Source: a virus (lineage: Duplodnaviria; Caudoviricetes). Taken from it: a stretch of 27,082 bases of DNA. Position numbers and translations under genes: made by a program. The notes beneath the pieces were generated by a model, which was not told the origin of the DNA, searched no databases, and saw only the letters and a list, made by a program, of their open reading frames with translations. Location of the stretch: positions 1-27,082 of IMG/VR virus record IMGVR_UViG_3300020042_010367. One strand, written 5' to 3'. This document shows, in pieces, positions 13,546 to 23,100 of the stretch (its first letter is position 1; every line of letters begins with the position of its first letter).

Positions 13546-16500
13546 ATGAATCATTTTAATAAGAAAAATTTTGGAGTTATTAAAGGTGCTGGAGGTAAAC
13601 AAAGACGACCCGCGCCACCTCCGCCGCCAACTCTAAAACCGCCAGTAATGGGCGATTTGCAAGCTATTTCTTCTTATGAATACATTGAAAATGTAGATTT
13701 AATTTCTGATGGAAGTATTGATGGTTTAGTTAATCAGCGCGGCGAATATATTTACGATAATGGTATTTTTGAAGCAATTTATTTAGAAGATGTGCCTATC
13801 AAACAGTCTGCTAATATTATTGAAAATACCACCATTCAATCTTTTGATCTTTCTTTTATTGCAACTGGTTTTTCTGGAATAATTAGCGGATTTTCTGGCC
13901 ATTATTATGACTCTCAAAATAATTTTTTAGATAGAACTTTAAACTCAACAGTTCCTTCGTTGACTGGGTATTTAAGTGGAGTAGGATATTCTGTTTTAAA
14001 CTCTAAAAAAGATATAGCAAACAGTATATATTCATCAATTCAAGAAATTAATGATGCTTTTAATAAAGCTTCTCGCACGCCAGAATCTATTGTTTACAAA
14101 CAATTGCAATCTATTAACTCTAAATTCAATTACAAATCACCTAAAGAAATTCAGTCTTATTTACTGCCAAATTTCCCTCAAGAATTTGATGAAGATTATC
14201 CATTTTTTTGTTTAAAATTAACTATCACTGGGGATAGTATATCAAACTATAGTATTGATACATACTCATATCTTGACAGTGATTTAATTAATCAAACATA
14301 TTTGCCTCTTGAGAGTACAGAGTTACAAAATAGAAGATTTATCACACCGCCTTCAAAAATTAATTTAACTTATATTGATACATATATTGAAAATATAAGC
14401 AATCGTTTATGTGGTTCGATGTATGTCTTTGCTTACAAAGAGAATGACAAGCCTTTACAAAATTCAATTGATGCAATTATTAATAATATTAAATCCATCA
14501 AATTAATAAATGATTACTCCACATATAATATAGGTAACGCTTCGATGGAAGTTCGTAATGGCGACGAACTACAGAAACCTTTGAGTTCATTTAATAAAAC
14601 TTATTTAGATAGGAATTACGGCGTTTCATTGCGTGGGCCTTTTCAAAAATCTACTAAAATAGCTACTTTATATGAAGAGCCACGGTATGAATCATTGGCA
14701 TCTCAATTTGATTCTGCTTCACAAGAAGCCAAAACAGGGGTGAGTAAAACAATTCAACAAAATCTTCTTATAACACAAAACGAATATGATCTTGCGATAA
14801 ATAAAAATGATGCACTTAAACTAGGTTATTTGTCAAATATTTCTCAAGAGTTGATCAAAGGGCGAGCTTATGATATTAAAATTATTAATTGTGTTGTAGG
14901 CGCTAGTCCAAATAAAATTGTTTTAAACTTTCGACTTGGCTATCTTGAATATGCGAGAGATGCTCAAATAATTTTAGATAAAAATACTGGTCAATTTGAA
15001 AAATATATATATTTGGTAGACTCACCTCCTACAGCGTTAGAGTTCCTTGTATCTGCGGATGGCTATATGAATCAAAGTGATAGAGATCCAACTTATGGGG
15101 TTCCAATACAACTAGCATATCCTTTTGAAGACTATTATTCATATATTTCAAACTATAATATTTTAGGTTTAGCGAGAACGCTTCTAGAATTAACTTTTAA
15201 AGCTGAAGGGAGTGATGATATGCGAAACATAGATCAAGTCTACACCCCATTCAGCAAACTTCCAAGCTATTCTGATTGGAATAATAATTATATTAAAAAC
15301 TTTTATGAACCAGCCGTTCCTGTTGTTCATGTGATTAATAATCCTAATGTAGATAGGGTTTATATAACCATGTCTGTAAGGGTTCTGCGAGATGTAGCTC
15401 ATAAATTAACTTCTTTAAAAAAAGCTGACGGTGGCGCAAAGAGTGTAGATGCTGGCACTAGTTTGCCTTCAATAATTAATTTTAAAATTGAAATTGGGTA
15501 TCAAGATAAAAACGGAACAGAAACAATTATAGAGGGAGGCGAAAGGGAGTTCCAAATTAAAGGAACTGCCGATTCTCCTGCGAGTATTGACATTGGGAGA
15601 GAAGAAAATAATACTCCCGCTATTATTGCTCAATACTCAAGATTTATTATGGGTGCTCAACAAAGTTTTGCTGCTCCATTAATTTTGCCTCCAGCCCAAC
15701 CTGATAGAACTCGTTTTGTCAGAATTTATCGCAAAACACACGAATCTTTCTCCTCTTTAGTAAAACGAGAGATTTCTTTAGAAAAAGTGAGTGAAATTAT
15801 TAATCTTCCGTTTTCTTATCCATACTCTACTATTTGTGGATTAAAGTTAGACGCTCGCACATTGCCCGAAATTCCTGCTAGAAGTTATGATGCTAGATTT
15901 AAAAAGGTTTTTGTTCCTAGTAATTATTTTCCTCTTAAAGCAAGTGGAAAAGATAAACGTTATTTGACACTTTCAGAAAAAGCTTTATTTAGTGCTCTTC
16001 CTGATGATGATAAAATTATTTACAGAGGAAACTGGGACGGCACTTTTAAATTAGCTTGGACAGATAACCCAGCTTGGATTATTTTTGATTTATTAATTAA
16101 TAGAAGATATGGTTTGGGTAACTTTATTTCTCCTACTCAGATTAACTATTGGGAATTATACAAGATTGCTCAATTCTGTGATGCTGTTGATAAAAATGGA
16201 TTGTTTGTTGGAGTATCGGCAGCGGATGGTGGTTTAGAGCCTCGTTACGGTTTTAATGGAGTAATAGCGGATAAAACTAACGTTTTCGACATGATTAAAT
16301 CTGTCGTCGCTTCATTCAGAGGCAATATGTTTTATAGCGATTCTGAAATTAACTTTACTAATGATCGTTTAAAACCGATTATCTCTTCATTTAATAACAG
16401 TAATGTAAAAGATGGATCTTTCAGTTACACAAACTCTCGTAAGGATTTACAATATAATGTTATTGAAGTTTCTTACTTGGATAGAGATGATTTTTTTAAA

Positions 16501-17649
16501 GAAAAAATAGAATACATCGAAGATTCTGACGACATTAAAACAAGAGGTATATTAAGAACTTCTGCTCAAACTTTTGGCGTAACCAGCCGCGCTCATGCCA
16601 AACGCATTGGCCAACATATTATTTATTCAACAATCAATGAAGATCAAAATGTTCAATTTGTAGGAGGTTTGGAAACTCTTCTTTGTCGGCCAGGCGATTT
16701 AATCTCTATTAATGATGAATTGCGTACTTTGAAAAAACATGTAGGAAGAGTCTTGGATATAGATTTAGCTAATAGCATAATTCACACTAACATTGATTTA
16801 ACTGCTGGAGATTTTAGTTCTACAGGATTATTAGCGCAGCTTTCCGTCTTGATTCCAACTGGAAAAAATCAATTTGAAGACTTCTATAATTTAGCAAAAA
16901 GCCCAAGCAAGTTAAGCATCAGTCAATTATATCAGACTGACATCCCTCAAAATGTTGTTTTTAACGCTACTGGTGTGGATGTTAACAGTTTTGGCGCAAA
17001 ATTTGTTCTTAATACAGGTGTTAGTAATTCTGGATTGCCTTTATTAGAAAATGCCAAGATTGGAGTCCCTTGTTCGGTTACTCTAGCTAATACCGCTCAA
17101 GAAGTATACAAAATCCAATCAATTAAAGAATTAAATTTAAACGAATACGAGATCGTCGCTTCTAAATTCGACACTGGAAAATTTGCTGAAATTGAAGCTG
17201 GAGAAACTCTGAACGATTTCTACTCATCTTTCCCATCTACTCGTCAAATTCAGGTTAATGAAGGCGCTGCATACTCTGTAAATAATCAAGCAAAGTATGA
17301 TCTCACTGGAGTTCCTTTAATTACGTCTCTCACTACTGGTAATTTTGACGCTCAAAATGATGTTATTGATATTAATGCAACATGGCAGTCTGTCAATAAT
17401 GCAAACTCTTATAACGTGGAGCTAATTACTCCAAAATATAGAAGCATTAAAACACAAACTTCTCTTAATTCCGTGGTCTTTGAAGACCAATCAGAAGTAG
17501 GAGTATTTAAATTAAGAGTGTCTGCTGTTCAGACTGGCGTTTATCCAGTTTTAGTTTCAGCAACTCATTCTGCCACTTTAAAAGTATTATCATATACTGC
17601 CCCTGTTCGTAGTAATGGCATTATAGGAAATATGCAATTTAATACTTAA
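13546..17649 (+). CDS. Lambda gpJ-like tip attachment / host specificity protein
   Basis: IKGAGG start, DLISDGSIDGLV, YPYSTICG, YRGNWDGTFKLAWTDNPAWIIFDLLINRRYGLG, EPRY, GVTSRAHAKRIG, RPGDLI, and a C-terminal FN3-like region. Confidence 0.95.
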   Translation: MNHFNKKNFGVIKGAGGKQRRPAPPPPPTLKPPVMGDLQAISSYEYIENVDLISDGSIDGLVNQRGEYIYDNGIFEAIYLEDVPIKQSANIIENTTIQSFDLSFIATGFSGIISGFSGHYYDSQNNFLDRTLNSTVPSLTGYLSGVGYSVLNSKKDIANSIYSSIQEINDAFNKASRTPESIVYKQLQSINSKFNYKSPKEIQSYLLPNFPQEFDEDYPFFCLKLTITGDSISNYSIDTYSYLDSDLINQTYLPLESTELQNRRFITPPSKINLTYIDTYIENISNRLCGSMYVFAYKENDKPLQNSIDAIINNIKSIKLINDYSTYNIGNASMEVRNGDELQKPLSSFNKTYLDRNYGVSLRGPFQKSTKIATLYEEPRYESLASQFDSASQEAKTGVSKTIQQNLLITQNEYDLAINKNDALKLGYLSNISQELIKGRAYDIKIINCVVGASPNKIVLNFRLGYLEYARDAQIILDKNTGQFEKYIYLVDSPPTALEFLVSADGYMNQSDRDPTYGVPIQLAYPFEDYYSYISNYNILGLARTLLELTFKAEGSDDMRNIDQVYTPFSKLPSYSDWNNNYIKNFYEPAVPVVHVINNPNVDRVYITMSVRVLRDVAHKLTSLKKADGGAKSVDAGTSLPSIINFKIEIGYQDKNGTETIIEGGEREFQIKGTADSPASIDIGREENNTPAIIAQYSRFIMGAQQSFAAPLILPPAQPDRTRFVRIYRKTHESFSSLVKREISLEKVSEIINLPFSYPYSTICGLKLDARTLPEIPARSYDARFKKVFVPSNYFPLKASGKDKRYLTLSEKALFSALPDDDKIIYRGNWDGTFKLAWTDNPAWIIFDLLINRRYGLGNFISPTQINYWELYKIAQFCDAVDKNGLFVGVSAADGGLEPRYGFNGVIADKTNVFDMIKSVVASFRGNMFYSDSEINFTNDRLKPIISSFNNSNVKDGSFSYTNSRKDLQYNVIEVSYLDRDDFFKEKIEYIEDSDDIKTRGILRTSAQTFGVTSRAHAKRIGQHIIYSTINEDQNVQFVGGLETLLCRPGDLISINDELRTLKKHVGRVLDIDLANSIIHTNIDLTAGDFSSTGLLAQLSVLIPTGKNQFEDFYNLAKSPSKLSISQLYQTDIPQNVVFNATGVDVNSFGAKFVLNTGVSNSGLPLLENAKIGVPCSVTLANTAQEVYKIQSIKELNLNEYEIVASKFDTGKFAEIEAGETLNDFYSSFPSTRQIQVNEGAAYSVNNQAKYDLTGVPLITSLTTGNFDAQNDVIDINATWQSVNNANSYNVELITPKYRSIKTQTSLNSVVFEDQSEVGVFKLRVSAVQTGVYPVLVSATHSATLKVLSYTAPVRSNGIIGNMQFNT

Positions 17650-17663
17650 ATTATAATATAGAT

Positions 17664-19631
17664 ATGCCTATACCATCTCCGACACCTTCGCCGCCGCCGC
17701 CAACGCCATTTCCAACGCCTTCGCCAACACCGCCACCGCCAACACCGTCTCCAACGCCGTCTCCAACACCGCCGCCTCCTACGCCAGCGCCATTTCCGCC
17801 GCCATTTCCGCCGCCGCCGCCTCCTACACCACCACCGCCGCCGCCTCCTACGCCAGCGCCAACACCGCCGCCGCCGCCGCCTCCTCCTCCAGCGCCAACA
17901 CCGCCGCCGCCGCCGCCTCCTACGCCAGCGCCAACGCCGTCACCAACACCATATCCAACGCCGCCGCCAACGCCTCCTGCGACTTTACCTGAATACCCAG
18001 GGGTAATTAATTCTTTTTCTCCTTCTGAATCTCCAGTAGGTACAGGAACAGCATTTTTAATTTCTCAAACAAAAGATTCATCATTCACTTTTCAATACAA
18101 AGACGTTTACGATAATGTTATTGACAACGAATTGCAGCTTGCTCAACAAATAGGTGATTTCTCTTATAGAGTTTCTCTATATACTACTGGAGCTACAGTT
18201 AATAATATAAATCCTTATTTGATCTCTGGAAATTTCGCTGTTAATCAACAAGCTTTAAATTTTAATTTTTTACGAACTAAAAATGTCGAATTATTTCGTT
18301 CTTCAGGAGCGCAAAGATATTATAATTTATTAATTAATGTTAAAAATGAAGGTTTAGAAAATTCAGTTCTTACTACGGTTTATCATATTCCAGCAAAAAT
18401 TAATTCTGTTGATGTTCAAGATTTTTATTCTGGCGTGACTGGACAAATTGATTTTAGTTTAACTTTTGATGATCAATCTGTCACAAACTATATTACAAGA
18501 AGTGTTGATGTTTATACGGGGGCGAGTTTGGGTGATGTATATTCTACTAGTGGGTACTCTTTATTTAAAAATGTATCATTTTTAAATAACGCTGCTGTTC
18601 AAAATTTTTCATTATTCGCTAGTGAAGTTCCAAATAATACTAATATTTATTATCAATTTGTTCCTTATGATGATTTTGGTAATGGTTTTATTTATTCTGG
18701 TGGAGTTTCTGGTTATTTAAAAACTGAAATAGAATTATTAAATTATAGTTACGGCATTCCTCCAATTTTAAATTTTGGGGATCGAACTGGATTATATTTT
18801 TCTGGATTATCTTCTCCTCAAAATAATGAGCGTGATGGTGGCCTTATCTATCAAACAGGAAGTTCTGGGCAAGATTTATATTTGTTGCGCTCTGGTCAGT
18901 GGAAAAGGATTTTATCAGAAGATGTGAATGATAGCCGATACGCTTTGCAAAGCGCAACGGGCAACTTCGTCACCACAGCACAAACAGGAAGCTTTGTTGT
19001 TTCATCGCAAACAGGAGCTTTCTTAACGACTGGGGCAGCGGATAATCGTTACGCTTTACAATCAGCAACTGGTAATTTTGTTGCTACTGGTCAAACAGGC
19101 GTTTTCTTAACCGACTCTTCCCTATCCATTAAACAGATTTATATTGATGCTGCCTCAATGTTAACTGGGGTTTCTGGAGCGACTACTGGCAGAGCTTCTA
19201 TTTTAAATTCTGGTATTGCTTATGAATTTTACTCTTTTGATCCACTAATTACTGGATTTACTCAATTTAACTTTCCTTTAAACGATTATAATCTTGGGCC
19301 AATGAGAACTAAATTTTATTGGACAGCTACTGGGTTTACAGCAGGAAATGTTGTTTGGGGGTTACAGTGTAGAGGGTTGGGTGATAGCGAATTATTGAAT
19401 TCGGGTTTCGCTGGAGGCGTTGAAGTTATAGATTCTTCCTTTGCTGGTGGTACTGGAATCTATATATCAACAGGTGCAACATTTACTCCTTCTGGAAATT
19501 TAGCAGTAGAAGATATGTATTATTTTAGAGCTTATAGAAACGCATCTAGCGCCAGTGATACTCTCCCAATGAACGCTCGTTTATTAGGAATTGCTATACA
19601 ATATACTGGAACCTCAATTTATGCTTGGTAA
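17664..19631 (+). CDS. Putative tail/virion protein with extensin-like Pro-rich N-terminus
   Basis: About 112 aa of P/T/S repeats, then a region with VDVYTG...YYQFVPYDDFGNG, TG repeats and a beta-rich C-terminal domain; directly follows gpJ. Confidence 0.8.
   Translation: MPIPSPTPSPPPPTPFPTPSPTPPPPTPSPTPSPTPPPPTPAPFPPPFPPPPPPTPPPPPPPTPAPTPPPPPPPPPAPTPPPPPPPTPAPTPSPTPYPTPPPTPPATLPEYPGVINSFSPSESPVGTGTAFLISQTKDSSFTFQYKDVYDNVIDNELQLAQQIGDFSYRVSLYTTGATVNNINPYLISGNFAVNQQALNFNFLRTKNVELFRSSGAQRYYNLLINVKNEGLENSVLTTVYHIPAKINSVDVQDFYSGVTGQIDFSLTFDDQSVTNYITRSVDVYTGASLGDVYSTSGYSLFKNVSFLNNAAVQNFSLFASEVPNNTNIYYQFVPYDDFGNGFIYSGGVSGYLKTEIELLNYSYGIPPILNFGDRTGLYFSGLSSPQNNERDGGLIYQTGSSGQDLYLLRSGQWKRILSEDVNDSRYALQSATGNFVTTAQTGSFVVSSQTGAFLTTGAADNRYALQSATGNFVATGQTGVFLTDSSLSIKQIYIDAASMLTGVSGATTGRASILNSGIAYEFYSFDPLITGFTQFNFPLNDYNLGPMRTKFYWTATGFTAGNVVWGLQCRGLGDSELLNSGFAGGVEVIDSSFAGGTGIYISTGATFTPSGNLAVEDMYYFRAYRNASSASDTLPMNARLLGIAIQYTGTSIYAW
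17667..17999 (+). repeat. GC-rich (CCG/CCA/CCT)n low-complexity repeat encoding polyproline
   Basis: The unit CCGCCGCCTCCTACGCCAGCGCCA recurs three times; the longest run encodes 9 consecutive Pro. Confidence 0.95.
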
Positions 19632-19735
19632 TTTATGGTAATTTTAAATCAAAGATTTCGGCAAATTATGGTTGAGTATGGTTTTTGCTTTAAGAACTTA
19701 TGAAACCAAATGATTTAATTAAATTAAGAATTAAA

Positions 19736-19741
19736 GTGTAA
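19736..19741 (+). promoter_or_regulatory. GTGTAA upstream motif
   Basis: 11 nt before ATG 19753, in the largest intergenic gap of the structural arm. Confidence 0.45.
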
Positions 19742-19752
19742 TTTATTGAAAT

Positions 19753-20100
19753 ATGGGAGCTACAGTTTATAATTTAACAGGTTCAAGCGCAATCGACAGA
19801 GGGGCTTGTTATTCTTACTCTATTGATTTGAGCACTTCCTCTGGGGAGTATACCTTATCAGGATATTCTGCCTCTGGATACTTGCGCCGTAAATGGGATG
19901 GATCGTTTGGCCCTAACTTATCAACTAATATATTAAGCACTGGTTCTGGAATCTTAAATGTTTCTCTGACTGCTACTCAAACAAACTCTTTGTCAAGAGA
20001 CGCTTACCAGCAAGAGGTTTTTATTTATCCTCCTAATAGTGGTTGCCCTGTAATGCTTCTTTACGGAGATGTTGATGTAATTGGGGGAGGCTCTCGGTAA
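19753..20100 (+). CDS. Small virion protein, BppU-N/adaptor-like beta-sandwich
   Basis: Pattern IDRGA.Y...LSGYSA...LR...GILNVSLTATQT.SL....Y....LLYG.V.V; TAATG coupling to the next gene. Confidence 0.7.
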   Translation: MGATVYNLTGSSAIDRGACYSYSIDLSTSSGEYTLSGYSASGYLRRKWDGSFGPNLSTNILSTGSGILNVSLTATQTNSLSRDAYQQEVFIYPPNSGCPVMLLYGDVDVIGGGSR

Positions 20101-23100
20101 TGGCTGATATTTCTATTGTTATTAATCCTGCGGAAACAATTTCGGCAAATATTTTGCCGCCTAATTCTATTTCTATTGGAACAGCGGATAGCTACCCACC
20201 ACATGCTTCTAGTCATGCTCCTGGAGGTTATGATTCCTTGTCTTCTTATTATGTCGCGACTGGAGACTTGACTGGTTATGTTAACAAAAGCCAAACAGGA
20301 TATCTGTCGGGAACGTTTTATCCATACTCTGCGAATCCTGCTGGATATGTTCAAGGCGCGGTTGTTAGACCATCTAATACTGGCAATTTTGTTGATAAAG
20401 CTTCTGCCGTATTAATTACTGGTGATCAAAATATTTCGGGCGTAAAAACCTTTTATTCTCGCCCTAGCGTATCTGGTATCGGCCTTCAAACAACTGGTGA
20501 ATACGCTACCTTTAACCTATGGGATGAATTTAGTGGCGAACTATACCCATATCCGAAAAATGATTTAAATAGATCGTACAATACTTTAAAACGCGCCGAA
20601 AATAATTCTGGTCCGTCTGGGGCGACTATTTGGTTTAATATTCCTCAGTGGACGGGTGCTAAACCAAGTTCAACTGGAGTATCTTCTTTTTATAATACTG
20701 GATTTTGGGCCAGAGATTACGATTGGTCGTGCGTGTCATTTAAGGGTTCAAGAACAAATAGCGGGAACGCTTCAGTCCCGTTAACATTGATTTCCCCTCG
20801 ACATGCGATGGGAGTTAATCATATTGGAGATGGACCTGGGGCAAAATGCGCCTTCGTTTCCAATAAGGAAACTGGATATACTTGGGAGGCTACAATCGCA
20901 TCTACAACAAATCTAAGTGGAGACGTTAGGTTGTACACTTTCACAAGTGATGCTCCAAGCGAAATTCGTCCAGCTTCAATCATCGGTTCGCCCCCAAAAT
21001 CAATATGGGAATATGGAACTCTTAATTTCACAAGAGTATTAACCGTTCAAGATTCTACTGTATTGTTTGATAGATTAGGTAATATAGCTTCTGGTGCTGG
21101 ATTTCAATCTGGGTCTTTAATTATTTCCCACTTGCCCGATTATAGTTCGAGATACACTGGTATTCATAAGAATGGCGACTCGGCCAGTCCAGTATTTTTC
21201 CCTCTTCAGGACGGAAGATTAGTATTCATCGGAGCAGCGTCAACAGTTTCTACTGTTGGTTTTATTGGCGATCCAGTAATTCGTTCTGGAATAAGTGCTG
21301 TTATTACGGGTCATACAGTTGACACATGGAATGTTCCAGCGGTTCAAACATCAGGATTGATGCCAGTAAGTGGTCAATTTAGTAGAATTGGCAGTATTTC
21401 AAACAAATGGAGGGAGGTTTATGCGGAAAATATTCACGCTGATAATTTGTATGGGAATCTAGGAGAATACGATCTTTACCCATATAATGAATATTTGTAT
21501 GGGGGTTCTGTAGTTGTTGCGAGTGATCTTCATGGTTTGACTTTTAATACGCATTATGTGGGAACCTCCAATACAATTAATTTCAGCGGCATTTACTCAG
21601 AAACATTTTGGACTCGATTTGTTATTCCAAATTCTGGTGCATCGGTTAATTTCTCTTCTTCTGGCCCAACATTATTAATGCCTAATGGCAGTGGTTTTTC
21701 TGGAGTTGGATATGTGATTGAGGTTCGTGGAGTCGGTGATAATAAACTACTTATTCAGCCGATATCAGAGCCGCCTAGCGTTGCTGGGAGCACTGGTTAT
21801 TTAACGGGCTATGTTAATAAAACAGAAACGGGGAATTTCTATCCGCGCTCAAACCCATCTGGGTATATAACCCCTGGACAAACTGGTAATTTTATCACTA
21901 CTAGCCAAACAGGGCAGTTTGTTTCAACAGGTTCTACTGGTTCTTTTGTGACTGGTTCTGTAGTGCGTCCAAGCGAAACAGGAGCATTTTTAACAACTGG
22001 TCAAACTGGGGTTTTTATAACCTCTTCTCAAACAGGCCAATTTGTATCAACAGGCTCAACTGGCTCATTTGTTACGGGTAGTGTTGTGAGGCCAAGTGAA
22101 ACTGGTAATTTCATTACAACATTTCAAACAGGACAGTTTGTTTCTACTGGTTCAACAGGTAATTTTGTCACTGGTTCTGTTGTCCGTCCTAGCGAAACAG
22201 GCTCTTTTATCACCTCTTCTCAAACAGGGCAGTTTGTTAGCACAGGAGCAACTGGCTCTTTTGTTGTTTCATCTCAAACAGGAGCGTTTTTGACCACAGG
22301 CGCGGCAGATAGTCGTTATGCTCTTCAATCTGCTACTGGGGCTTTTGTTACCACTGGACAAACTGGACAATTTGTTACAGGTTCTGTTGTGCGTCCAAGT
22401 GAAACAGGTATTTTTATTACTACTGGGCAAACTGGTTCTTTCATTACAGCTTCTCAAACTGGAGCATTTTATCCAAATAGTAATCCATCTGGGTATATAA
22501 CAGGAGTTGATCTCAGCAGTTATGCAACAACAAGTTACGTTACTGGAGTAAGCGGATATTTACAGTATCAAATAAGTAACTTTTCAGGTTCTAGTTCAAC
22601 TGGCAGTTATGTTTCTTTAACGGGTAATGAAACGATTTCTGGGATAAAAAATTTTATATCTAGGCCAACCGTTAACACTACAGGAGTTTTAATAAGCGGC
22701 GATGCTGTTGATACAATTCATTTGTATGGTAAAAATAGCGAATCCTTTACTTTAAACAAGGGTCAACCAGTTTATATCGGCGGAGCTAATGGAGCAAACC
22801 CTTTAATTAAAAGATCGTCAAACACTGGAGAAAGTGATTCTTCAAAAACTATTGGCCTTTTAGCTCAAGACTTAAACTCTAATGACTTTGGCTATATTGT
22901 ATCAGAAGGAATCTTAGAGGGATTTAATACGAGCGCTGCTACGGCTGGCGATCCAATGTGGCTTGGCGCAACTGGAGATATTCTTTTTGGTACGGGCAAT
23001 AAACCTTATGGAAACAATCATCTTGTTTATTTAGGCGTTGTTTTACGTTCTCAATCGAGCAACGGTAAAGTTTATGTCAAACCTCAAAACGGTTTTGAAA

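Noticed and set aside
19635-19703. 22-aa ORF MVILNQRFRQIMVEYGFCFKNL in the intergenic gap
   Set aside because: Too short and featureless to support; the gap more likely holds regulatory sequence.
21792-22500. Repeats as a CRISPR array or DGR template/variable repeats
   Set aside because: The copies are in-frame coding repeats differing at synonymous sites. There are no unique spacers, no adenine-specific mismatch pattern, and no cas or reverse transcriptase gene in the window.
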